Assembly: GCA_964016885.1 (NCBI GenBank)
Contig: OZ024751.1
Span: 25,420,001 to 25,484,000 of the forward strand
Length of the DNA: 64,000 nucleotides
DNA from: Eledone cirrhosa
Taxonomy: Eukaryota
Reading direction: 5' to 3'
The notes under the pieces are model-generated. The model was not told the origin of the DNA, ran no database searches, and saw only the letters and a list, made by a program, of their open reading frames with translations. Of the stretch, positions 28,654 through 41,527 are shown one piece after another. A program made the position numbers and the translations under genes. Every line of letters begins with the position of its first letter. Within the stretch, counting starts at the first letter, position 1.

Positions 28654-30226
28654 AGTGATCGTGAAACCAGTGACTGTACAATAAAATGACCTATACATGT
28701 TGTACTTAATCTTGCTTTCTACCGATAGCTATGAGAATAATCGAATCAATACTGTCAATTATATTCGTTGACTTCAAGAATAAATATATGGATGTTTTTC
28801 TTTTCATTTGTGTTTACATATTTGTGTATACAATAATATTATTTAATATCTAAACGACATTAGCCAGTATATACTAAAACATTTGTAATCTAAATATTTA
28901 TCAAATATTATTGATTTCTTCGTAGGTTTCGGCGAAGAGCATTTATTTATTTATTTGTTGGATCAACTGATCGTCATACGTTTCAATTAACGACTGAGCG
29001 GTGGAGTCTTTCACTGTCACACGTGCCCTTAATATATTTTCCAAGCTGACTCAACAAGTCACAATTTGTGATGAGCCTAGGACATTGAATTACAGATATA
29101 ATTCATCCAGTGGGCTTACATTCAGTTTCCGTCTACCAATCTTTGTTCACAAGACATGCGTCGGTCTTAGACTTTAGTACAAAAACGTGTTCTATACATC
29201 ACACAGCAGGATCGACCCAATTATATCATGATTGCAAAGATACGTATACCTACATCCACGTTCTAATATAAGGACAACGTAAGCATATTTGAATGTTTCA
29301 TTATCAAATTTAGATTTCATTTATTCTATAAGCACAGAAATGTTTATTTTGGAATTTGTTCTTCTACCTTTAGTGTAATGTTGTTATCTTATTTGGGGAT
29401 ACGGTAACACATCACAATAAAGATGGGAACGGAATTAGCGATATTAGCTTAATCACTGTCATTTCTAATTAAACCGACTAATACTCGATTAATCTATTTT
29501 TTAACTCTGAATGGATAAAATACACACATATGTGTGATATTCTGACCTTCTTTCGTTTTGTTCTTTCAGTTATTTGATAAGATGTATTTATATTATGACG
29601 CCCGCCCTTTCGATGTATGGATTATATTCGCTAGATAATATTATATTATACTAGAACGGCTTGACTTTACAATTGATACCTCACTAAATAAGATATTTCA
29701 GTAAGCTGAGAAGAATTTACATTTAGAAGGTAGAGAGTGGAAATTAAATACGTCAAGCCAATTCAGTTAGACATAATACTGCTTCTGTGATTCTATCGCC
29801 ATTTTGGGAAGTATATTACGACACGATCGATGTTGTTTGGCTTAGAAAACTAAAGTTATGGTTAATTACTTATAAACCTATTTAACTGTAGATTTGTGTA
29901 TATATGATTTATGGGTTTTATAAATGGCGACCATTTGTATGATTTTGTTTGCTCATTGGTATGATCATTCTGGGAGAGGTATTTTAAGAGGGATTGTTTC
30001 TGCTGTAGGTATGGTTTTTGATATTATTGTTGTTGTTGCTGTTGTTGTTGTTGTTTTAGGTGGTGGGGTTGATGATGTTGTCATTGTAAGTACGTTTCCT
30101 TAAATATTAGATATGGAATATTTCGTTTGTTAAAATTTCAAAAGTTTAGGACAAAAGCACGTGAACTTGCCTGTATTGAATCGACCAGGGCTAATCACTG
30201 TGAAATTCATTTTGATGAAGCAGGTT

Positions 30227-33200
30227 TCATCGCACGGGAATTTCAACGTCTCTCTGATTGTTTTTATCACCATGATTGTCTTTTTCCACTCTTGAAATTA
30301 TTGATCTTTGAGAATTCACAACGGCATCACCAGAACGTGACAAAATGTCAGCATGTTTTTGGTATCGGTTCTCCATTTTTTCTTTCTTATCTCGTAACGC
30401 TTTGATCATTTCTTCTTTGTATTCATGTAAAGAGGGTTGCGACAAAGACTTTTTTGACATGGCTTCATATGTGAGATTGACTTTGCCCGAATTGAGTAAA
30501 GTTGGCTCTCCATAATAGCTTTTGTTTGTCCTTTTGAAATTGTTAAAACTGTCTCTTTTCATTGGTATATCATATAAAACATTTAATGGGTTATCAAGAC
30601 TGTTTGTCGACAATTTCTTTAAGGGTATATGGCCATTATTTACTTCTATATCGGGAGACGAGAGTGGATTATGTATATAACTCCCCCCCACAAAGTTACC
30701 AACTTTCCGCTTATGCATCGAGGACGGATTAGAAAGATTTGCCACAGTACGTTTCAATTTTTGATGTCTGTTGACAGGAAATCTATTATCAGTGAAATAC
30801 TTTCTTTCTACTACTCGTTTACCAATATATAAGAAAGGGAAACGTCGTTTATCTAATAACGAGGGAAACTGGTCCCGTGTATTAGCTACCAGGGGGTATT
30901 TAAACCTTTTACTTACAATTAAAGAATTATCACCCCCTTTACCTTTTGTATGATCTACCTCTCGTTTACCAACGAAAAGAGGTTCTTCCTCTCGTTTACC
31001 GACAAATAAAGGATCTTCCTCTCGTTTACCGACAAAAAGAGGTTCTCGCTCTCGTTTACCGACAAAAAGAGGTTCTTCCTCTCGTTTACCGACAAAAAGA
31101 GGATCTGCCCCTCGTTTTCCTACGAACAAGGGAGGGTCAATGTCTTTGTCATGATCAGCCATTTTCTTTCTAAGAAAAGAATCACTATAATCTCGTGTGT
31201 CCAAAACTAGCCGATTAATATTACCATTTGCTTTATCTAAAACTAAAATATCGGGATCACTTTTCCGTACAAGGACGTGGCGTGAATTCTGTTTTCCTAG
31301 AGGTATAATGCGAGGTGATTGTTTACCTATAAACATGGGGTCATCATTCCGTTTACCTATAAACATGGGGTCATCATTCCGTTTTCCTATAAACATGGGG
31401 TCATCATTCCGTTTTCCTATAAACATGGGGTCATCATTCCGTTTCCCTATAAACATGGGGTCATTTCGTTTACTTATAAACATGGTGGGGTCTTTCCATT
31501 TACCTATAAACATGTGGTCATTCCGTTTACCTATAAACATGGGGTCATCGTCACGCTTACCTACAAACATGGGGTCATTTCGTTTGCCTATAAGCATGGG
31601 GTCATCGTCACGTTTCCCTATAAACATAGGGTCATTTCGTTTACTTATAAACATAGTGGGGTCTTTCCATTTACCTATAAACATGTGGTCATTCCGTTTA
31701 CCTATAAACATGGGGTCATCGTCACGCTTACCTACAAACATGGGGTCATTTCGTTTGCCTATAAACATGGGGTCATCTTCACGTTTCCCTATAAACATGG
31801 GGTCATTTCGTTTACTTATAAACATGGTGGGGTCTTTCCATTTACCTATAAACATGTGGTCATTCCGTTTACCTATAAACATGGGGTCATCGTCACGCTT
31901 ACCTACAAACATGGGGTCATCGTCACGTTTCCCTATAAACATGGGGTCATTTCGTTTGCCTATAAACATGGGGTCATCGTCACGTTTCCCTATAAACATG
32001 GAGTCCTTTCGTTTCCCTATAAACATGGGGTCATTTCGTTTGCCTATAAACATGGGGTCATCGTCACGTTTCCCTATAAACATGGGGTCATTTCGTTTCC
32101 CTATAAACATGGGGTCATTTCGTTTCCCTATAAACATGTGGTCATTTCGTTTACCTATAAACATGGGGTCATCGTCACGCTTACCTACAAACATGGGGTC
32201 ATTTCGTTTGCCTATAAACATGGGGTCATCGTCACGTTTCCCTATAAACATGGGGTCATTTCGTTTGCCTATAAACATGGGGTCATCGTCACGTTTCCCT
32301 ATAAACATGGGGTCATTTCGTTTCCCTATAAACATGGGGTCATTTCGTTTACCTATAAACATGGGGTCATTTCGTTTACCTATAAACATGGGGTCATTTC
32401 GTTTACCTATAAACATGGGGTCATTTCGTTTACCTACAAACATGGAGTCATCGTCACGTTTCCCTATAAACATGGGGTCATTTCGTTTGCCTATAAACAT
32501 GGGGTCATTTCGTTTGCCTATAAACATGGGGTCATCGTCACGTTTCCCTATAAACATGGGGTCATCGTCACGTTTCCCTATAAACATGGGATCATTTCGT
32601 TTGCCTATAAACATGGGGTCATCGTCACGCTTACCTATAAACATGGGGTCATTTCGTTTACCTATAAACATGGGGTCATTTCGTTTCCCTATAAACATGG
32701 GGTCATCGTCACGTTTCCCTATAAACATGGGGTCATTTCGTTTGCCTATAAACATGGGGTCATTTCGTTTGCCTATAAACATGGGGTCATCGTCACGTTT
32801 CCCTATAAACATGGGGTCATTTCGTTTACTTATAAACATGGTGGGGTCTTTCCATTTACCTATAAACATGGGGTCATTTCGTTTACCTATAAACATGGGG
32901 TCATTTCGTTTGCCTACAAACATGGGGTCATCGTCACGTTTCCCTATAAACATGGGGTCATTTCGTTTCCCTATAAACATGGGGTCATTTCGTTTCCCTA
33001 TAAACATGGGGTCATTTCGTTTCCCTATAAACATGGGGTCATTTCGTTTACCTATAAACATGGGGTCATCGTTACGCTTACCTACAAACATGGGGTCATC
33101 GTCACGTTTCCCTATAAACATGGGGTCATTTCGTTTCCCTATAAACATGGGGTTATTTCGTTTACCTATAAACATGGGGTCATCGTTACGCTTACCTACA

Positions 33201-34239
33201 AACATGGGGTCATCGTCACGTTTCCCTATAAACATGGGGTCATTTCGTTTGCCTATAAACATGGGGTCATCGTCACGTTTCCCTATAAACATGGGGTCAT
33301 TTCGTTTGCCTATAAACATGGGGTCATCGTCACGTTTCCCTATAAACATGGGGTCATTTCGTTTGCCTATAAACATGGGGTCATCGTCACGTTTCCCTAT
33401 AAACATGGGGTCATTTCGTTTGCCTATAAACATGGGGTCATCGTCACGTTTCCCTGTAAACATGGGGTCATTTCGTTTAGCTATAAAAATGGGGTCATTT
33501 CGTTTCCCTCTAAGAATAGGGTCATTTCGTTTGCCTATAAACATGGGGTCATCGTCACGTTTCCCTATAAACATGGAGTCCTTTCGTTTCCCTATAAACA
33601 TGGGGTCATCGTCAAGCTTCTCTATAACCATGGGGTCATTCCGTTTCCCTATAAACATGTGGTCTGGATCTCGTTTACCTATAAATAAGTGGTCTGGATC
33701 TCGTTTTCCTACAAATATGGGTTCTGGATCTCGTTTACCTATAAATAAGGGGTCTGGATCTCGTTTTCCTACAAATATGGGTTCTGGATCTCGTTTACCT
33801 ATAAATAAGGGGTCTGGATCTCGTTTTCCTACAAATATGGGGTCTGGATCTCGTTTACCTATAAATAAGGGGTCTGGATCTCGTTTTCCTACAAATATGG
33901 GGTCTGGATCTCGTTTACCTATAAATAAGGGGTCTGGATCTCGTTTTCCTACAAATATGGGGTCTGGATCTCGTTTACCTATAAATAAGGGGTCTGGATC
34001 TCTCTTAGGACCAAATATGATGTTCGGATCTCTTCTACCTACATAGAAGGTATCTGGCTCTTGTTTTCCTAATAACATGTCATCTGGATCTCGGTTAGCG
34101 ACAAAAATAGGATGTTCGTCGTCCGTTTTACCTAAAAAGATTGGCTCCGGATCCTGTTTATCTGCAAAGAAAGTGTGGAGAATGTTCTTATTAACTTCTT
34201 TCATGTCATTACTTTCTTTATATGTCCCCTCAATCAAAC
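30227..34239 (-). CDS. Giant multi-copy neuropeptide precursor exon; MIP/PXFVamide-like (NDPMFIamide, DDDPMFIamide, DPDPLFIamide, DPEPIFVamide, EEEPLFVamide)
   Basis: 1336-aa open frame with roughly 110 units ending G-K-R (amide donor plus dibasic site). The PMF[I/V] and PLFV C-termini resemble Mytilus inhibitory peptides (GAPMFVamide/GSPMFVamide). Non-repetitive N- and C-terminal flanks contain further dibasic sites. The track start is a TTG with an in-frame TAA at 34252-34250, so the true 5' end is unresolved. Confidence 0.9.
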
Positions 34240-35566
34240 CTACGATAGTTTATGTTATCGTATTCCTCTTCCACTCCGGCTCTACACAAAACGCCAACAC
34301 ATAAAATCGTTGGATCGACTGACGAAGCTGTAATGAAGCACCAGTTCCTGCCAAATTTCTGTATAATTCCTGCTCTAGTTTTCAGTTATTTTTATAGTTT
34401 ACTGTTTCCAGTATGATATATAAATCATGAATCTGTTGAGCTGTTCGTTTTATTCGAGTGATTTTGATTTCAAGTATTTATACTCAATACATGTTTTGCC
34501 AATCCTATATTACTTTTAATTAATATATATCGATTCTTGTGGCTAACGGTTTGTAATGTTACTTTCTCCGTAATTTTAGACTAATCATTATTTATTAAAT
34601 GAATATTGCATTTGTTATAATTTGAAATATTGTTTATCTATATACAATTGTGATTAGATAATTGCGTTTAATAAGCTTGAAAAGGTTTCACGGCCTAAAT
34701 TAAGTGTGCTTTAGCGTAGTTGACCTTCACCATCCAAACTATATATTGGAATATCGGTCTACCGAAAGTCTTTTATAAGAAGGTGGGCCAGTAGAAACAG
34801 ACTCCATATAGTAAATAATATTACATTTCGTTTACATAAAAAATGGAAAAAACGAAAGGTGTCAATTGTTAGATAGGACCCAGAAACGTTTCCTTTCGTA
34901 GTTCCATTGCTGATATTATGTCCTAACTCCTGACAGAGAAAGGCAGGATTTGAATTCAAGACAGAAAAAGTAGATACTGCAAAGCATCCTGTCCGACTTT
35001 TCAAGAAGTTTGTCAATCTACTGCCCATGGACTAGTACTTTATTTATCCACCCGGAAACGACGAAAGGCGAAGTTGATCGATGTGAACTCACAAGACAGT
35101 GAGTCAGAACAAATATACACTCTCCCGACTCGGTCAATTCACCGTTTTTAGGAATCTGATATGCTATTTTCTGTAAAATTTCGGCAAAAAGAATTTTGTC
35201 ATAAATTTTGCTATCGGATTACTAACCCCCCGCCTCTATTTGTTACCTGACGGAATATTTACTTCATGTTATTGGATATTTCTGAATCTTTGTTTACCGT
35301 TTAATTTACTAGCATGAATCATCTTAGTTAAACCGTGTACGTTTCTTTAGAACAATTATCACATTTACCATTAAAGAAATTCCCATCCCAATTTTATACT
35401 GTCAGAAATCTGAGTTCTGTTTCGTCAATCTTCTGTTCAATGCCATATTTTAAATATGCAATTTGTTTGTTAATAAATTAATTATTAATAATATTTGTCT
35501 ACCTGTTGGTTTTTTGTTTTGTTTTTCCGCATGTTTTATTTCTATTTAAGCACAAAAAATATTAGT

Positions 35567-36444
35567 TTATGTATTGCATATATCTAGAGATTGCTTGCAT
35601 TCAAATAGAAACTGATTTTCGTTATACCTGAAAGACTTCCAAGTTTTACAATCAAGCAGTTTAGCTAAGGTTTCAGTAGCATTGTGCCAAATTCTCGGGG
35701 CCCACATTCCCCAATTATTCTTACCTAAAAACTCCATTGGACGCTTATCAAAATAATCCAATTTTCTTTTCCCCAAAAATTCCATTGGTCGCTTTCCTAG
35801 GAATTCCATACCTCTTTTTCCAAGGAACTCCATTGGGCGTTTACCTAAAAATTCCATGGGTCGTTTTCCAAGAAATTCCATCGGTCTTTTACCTAAAAAT
35901 TCCATGGGTCGTTTTCCAAGAAATTCCATTGGTCTTTTACCTAAAAATTCCATTGGTCTTTTACCTAAAAATTCCATGGGTCTTTTACCTAAAAATTCCA
36001 TTCGTCTTTTACCCAAGAATTCCATCCGTCGTTTTCCCAAGAATTCCATTCTTCTTTTATCATCTAGATCATCAGCTCTCTTACCTAAGAATTCCATAGG
36101 ACGTTTTCCCAAAAATTCCATGGGCCGTTTCCCTAAAAATTCCATGGGGCGTTTCCCTAAAAATTCCATTGGTCTTTTTCCCAAAAATTCCATTGGTCTT
36201 TTGCCCAAGAATTCCATTGGCCTTTTACCAAGAAATTCCATGGGCCTCTTTTCAAGACCATCTTCTTCGTCATCGGTGTAGGCAATGAACGGTTCATTCA
36301 TCACCATATCATCTGGTAACGCTACATCACCATTATCTTGCGTGTGACCACTAGGGATATTCATATAGGAACTTTCTACAAGTGGTTTCATAACTGTATC
36401 CTTCACTGCATTTTTGACAGCCTCTGAATCAGCGGCATTGTAGT
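35567..36444 (-). CDS. PRQFVamide-related peptide precursor, peptide-coding exon (16 PMEFLa, 3 RMEFLa, 1 GMEFLa)
   Basis: Acceptor TTGTATTTCTTTGTTTTTCTAG|AC at 36445/36444, phase 1. Acidic propeptide, then 20 xMEFL-GK(R) units. xMEFLamides are the cuttlefish-type PRQFVamide-related pentapeptides. AATAAA at 35540-35535 follows the stop. Confidence 0.92.
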
Positions 36445-36862
36445 CTAGAAAAACAAAGAAATACAACAAATCAACGAACAGGGGATATTCTCACTCCACT
36501 AGATATGCCAGAGAAAACAGCACTACCCACATCAGCATCAGCAACTATAGCAGCTGTAAAAAACCAAATATCGTAACCAGGTACATATACATTAATGAAA
36601 TATCTTCCATTCTCTATATCATTTCCCTTATCATTCCCCTTTCCTTATCTCTTTCAACTAAGTCTAATACACGTCTGTATATTGAGTCAACCGCTTGTTG
36701 AAGATTTACACATCTACTGCACCTTGTTCAAACGGAAGATTTGGGGGCAATTCCCCGAAATCAATTGCTGATTGAATTGTAAATATCTATCTACTTTATT
36801 CCAGGTATTTAGTTCTTTCCCACCAATTCGTTAGCATTTACCCAACACGCACACACACGCAC

Positions 36863-37255
<393 letters not shown>

Positions 37256-37299
37256 AAGTTAAATAAAAGTCAAATGATTAAAATTTGGCTTCGTTTATT

Positions 37300-37354
37300 A
37301 CTGCTATATATATTTCAGTGACAGCCATCTTTGGCTGTGACCTCTTCAGGCAGT
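37300..37354 (-). ncRNA. Minimal type I hammerhead ribozyme motif inside the precursor intron, sense to the gene
   Basis: Minus strand ACTGC CTGAAGA GGTcACAGCCA-AAGA-TGGCTGTcACT GAAA TATATA TA GCAGT, followed directly by AATAAA. Confidence 0.8.
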
Positions 37355-37488
37355 TTGAATTAGTATGGTATAGACAAGTACATATGTTGTTTAGGTGTAT
37401 AATATTGTCAATACTCTAATATGCCCAGTTCCTTGTTGGGTTGTTATTTCAATGAGGAACTGGAGTCACAACCAACATAAACTCAAAA

Positions 37489-37560
<72 letters not shown>

Positions 37561-37798
37561 GGACTTCTACACATTTTGCGTTTACGAGATTTTGTTTAAA
37601 ATATATTGGTCAGCCTTACTGGAAGCTACAGTGTTTTGAAGTAAATTCCTTTCGCACACAACCACAACCATACAGCCATCTCTGCTCCTGTTTGTATGCA
37701 TGTATGACTCATTACAAAATCACTCAGCCATGAGTAGAATCGAAATATAATCTAAATATATTTCAGCATGGGGAAGGGCGGAAGACAAAACAACTCAC

Positions 37799-37880
37799 CG
37801 ATAAGGTGCCCATTCTTAATCTGTCCCCAGACTGAGGCAGACAGAATTACCACAATATACACAGGCAAGTAGATCCCCAT
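37799..37880 (-). CDS. Signal-peptide exon of the PRQFVamide-related precursor (MGIYLPVYIVVILSASVWG-QIKNGHLI)
   Basis: ATG at 37880; 27 codons plus 1 nt, then donor G|GTGAGT at 37799/37798; phase 1 joins 36444 in frame (G+AC = Asp). An upstream acceptor CTTTTGTCTTGATCTTTCATAG at 37906 implies a further 5' UTR exon. Too short for the ORF track. Confidence 0.88.
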
Positions 37881-38349
37881 TTCTTATGTATGTTTCTGCT
37901 TGAAGCTATGAAAGATCAAGACAAAAGTAGAAAGAAAGAAAAATTTATTTATATTATATAGCCAGTAAAACATATTCAAATACAACTACATATATATAAT
38001 AGAACAACGTCAATGATCAGCTGAAACAAATATCACAAACATTTTCACAGCAAGAAATAAATGATAAAAGTAAAACAATTTTTTTAAAAAATTAGGGGCT
38101 ATTTTCTTCAATTGGCAAAAATGATTCTTGCGCGAAAGAGACGGAATTGGTTGTCACATATGACAAAAGAAATTATATTTTTCCAATAGGCTTTACGTTG
38201 CTGACAGTAATTGCTGTTGGCAATACCTAAAAATGACCTACACTCAAACACACACTTACACACACATACACACACATACTCATACACTCACACACATATG
38301 TATATATATAGAGAGAGGCTCACAAACATATATATATATGGAGAGAGAT

Positions 38350-38410
<61 letters not shown>

Positions 38411-38454
38411 CATATATATAGATACATAGATAGAGAGTAGATAGATAGATAGAG

Positions 38455-38551
<97 letters not shown>

Positions 38552-38675
38552 TGTATCCTATAAATATGTATATGCACATATATATATGTACACACACAGA
38601 CACCATGTACACACATATATATTTGTATATATGTGGCCTCAGCCGGATGGCTGGAACAGGTAAAAGAGTAAAAGA

Positions 38676-38709
<34 letters not shown>

Positions 38710-38957
38710 TATATATATATATGACATTCATATATAATTATATATATATAACATACATCTATAGCTATATATATATATATATGTATATACAAATATATAT
38801 TTATGTACATATACAGATGTGCGGCTTCAAGTGGGAAAGCGCCAGTGACCATCTGGTTTACATCTCATGCCATCATTCAAGCTGAGTGTTTCCTTATATC
38901 AATATATTTAGTGTAGACATGAAAAAACTACGTATATCTATGTATGTACGATGTATG

Positions 38958-38990
<33 letters not shown>

Positions 38991-38991
<1 letters not shown>

Positions 38992-39140
38992 CACCCCGAC
39001 GGCAGAGCTCAAGCAGTTTCCACGGCTATTTCTGGACTTTCTCTATTTACTTTCTCCTATTAGCCACTCTACTACCCTAAGTATTGAGTACTCTGGTGCG
39101 TTATGGTCCATCTGATTCCTTACCACAACTCCTCCGTCCG

Positions 39141-39143
<3 letters not shown>
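38991..39143 (-). mobile_element. Copy of the (TA)n-inserted hairpin element
   Basis: Reverse complement of the 36973 element body with one hairpin arm. Confidence 0.8.
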
Positions 39144-39192
<49 letters not shown>

Positions 39193-39946
39193 ACATATAC
39201 ATACATATATGAATGCATACAAATATATATATACAGACATATACATACACATACATATATATACATACATATATACATACATACATATATATATATGTAT
39301 ACATATACATACATATATAAATACATATATATATATATATATATATACAGACATATATATATACATACATACACATACATATATATACATATATATATAT
39401 ATACATATATAAGCACATATATACATATATATACATATATAAACACAAATATACATAAACACACACACACACATACACACACACACATACACACACATAT
39501 ATATATATATATATATACATACGGTGTTAATCGAATATATTGATCTATTTCTAGTATCTGAATGGTATATTATACTACTGTTCCTAGAAAGATGAACGGA
39601 AATTTGACAACAAAGATATATTAACATAGACCCCTCTCCAAGATATTACGTAGTAAGATCGAACGCCAGATATTATGAATGAAAAGGTAACTCCTTAACA
39701 TTTTGTCGATACTGCGTACTCTATAAAGAGCCAAATCTAAAAACCGATCTGTCTATTTCTTTTATTCTCTCTCCACTTTTTATTTCAGAAATATTAAGAT
39801 GTCCCTTGTAATTGTTCAATGATGTTTTTATTTCACAGTAAAAACAGTTTCTTTTTTTCTATAATTAACTGAAAATTTCTTTTGTAAGATCAACGACGAA
39901 AAGAAAGATTTTCAAAGAATAGAGTGGCGTGAAGAATGTGTGTGTC

Positions 39947-40060
<114 letters not shown>

Positions 40061-40647
40061 AAAATATTAGATTTTTTTTTTATTTAAGAAGAAATAAATT
40101 CTCTTTCAATGGAACATTAAAACTTTTTTCTATTTTTCCCTTAAATGTAATAATTTAACAATAAAACGATTAAAAAATATCATTCGGATTAAATGTTGAC
40201 CACTAAATAGAGAGAAATATTGTTGTAATTTATAATTCATCTTAATCATTTCAAATTCAATACAATGATCTTAAATATGCGTCTATTTAAACAGCAAATC
40301 TCGTTAATCCATAAATCACATCGGAGGGGGAGTATAATGCTATTTCAATGACATAATCTCTGTCTCAGCGAACTCTTCGTTTAAGTCCCCTATTTCTTTT
40401 ATTTAGATTTATTTGTCCGTATGTTTTTTCACATTTGTTATCATTGTTGTTCTTCTCAGTATCCATTTATTCCAATATTTATAATATTCTATCAGTCTAC
40501 GAATGTCAAAGCTAGAAGTCTGTAAATTCATCTTTAAATTTTATCTGGCTAATCAAACAATGGCTAGCTACATACAAACATACAAACATTTATTTATGTT
40601 TTTATTACATATGTATATACATATATATACTCTCACACACACAAAAG

Positions 40648-40720
<73 letters not shown>

Positions 40721-40777
40721 TTTATTTTTGAATTTGTGTTGCAAAATTTCTTATCTGAAAATGTGTGTTGAAATAGA

Positions 40778-41186
40778 TATTGTTATACTTTGGGAGGGTC
40801 ATGCTGTCAATAAAAACACACGCACCTATTAATTATCTCTTCAATTCATTATAAACTCCCAGTCGGTTAGATTGATAACCGGATGGTTGTTTAGTTGCTG
40901 ATTGTCAATTATTTTGCGTCACACGTTCTAATGGCCTCCTCAGTGACTATCTTTTTTGTAGAACAAGATGGTGTAGGATAGAACACAGGATAGACACAAA
41001 ATAACAATAAAGATTGTCATTGAGGAGGTAACAGAATATGTGACGAAAGAGCTTTGATAATCAATTACTAAAAAAAATCATTCGGTTTTTAATCTAACCG
41101 ATTGGGAGTTTATAATAAATTGAAGTGAAAATGAACAGCTGCATGTATTTTTACTGGCAGTATGACCCTCCCAAATTATAACAATA
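40778..41186. repeat. Old, diverged fold-back element (~175-bp arms) with degenerate hammerhead cores
   Basis: ATATTGTTATA..TTGGGAGGGTCAT.CTG...TTATAAACTCCCA.TCGGTTAGATT matches the right arm in reverse. Right arm reads ATTGTCA TTGAGGA...GAAA GAGCTT TGATAAT. Confidence 0.75.
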
Positions 41187-41413
41187 TATATATATATATA
41201 TATATATAAAGTGGGCCATTATTAAGCAATTTGAAAGAAGAGACCTGCACACCAAACTAAATATTAGATCAGGAATCTTCGCTAAATATCCCCACTTCAG
41301 TAAGTACTTCCTAATATCCGCGGAAGATCATACCCATAATATCAATAGACGTTATCGTACAATATTCTTGGAAATCTTATATATTCAAGTTACCATATCT
41401 CTCTACATTATGT

Positions 41414-41527
41414 AGTTCAAACCCCGCCGAGGTTAACTTTGCCTTTCATCCTTACGGGGTCGATAAAATAAAGTACCAGTAATGCACTGGGTAATTGCTG
41501 GCCTTGTGCCAAAAGTAGAAACAATTA
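41414..41527 (+). mobile_element. SINE 3' half
   Basis: GTTCAAACCCCGCCGAGGTTAACTTTGCCTTTCATCCTTACGGGGTCGATAAAATAAAGTACCAG...GTAGAAACAATT. Confidence 0.8.

Noticed and set aside
31320-34010. CRISPR-like regular short repeats
   Set aside because: No unique spacers and no cas genes; eukaryotic coding tandem repeat
31197-34046. 949-aa and 789-aa plus-strand ORFs (PINMGSFR and YKHGVISF repeats)
   Set aside because: Antisense shadows of the stop-free peptide repeat; only the minus frame has precursor logic
35718-35728. AG|GTAAG donor at the last PMEFL-GK that could fuse both precursors
   Set aside because: GGTAAR arises from Gly-Lys codons in many units, and splicing here would remove the cleavage site; no supporting evidence
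35737-36281. Plus-strand ORFs over the xMEFL array
   Set aside because: Antisense shadows of the coding repeat
36445-36469. Track start MLYFFVFL as the precursor N-terminus
   Set aside because: It is a TTG inside the intron polypyrimidine tract; the real signal exon is 37880-37799
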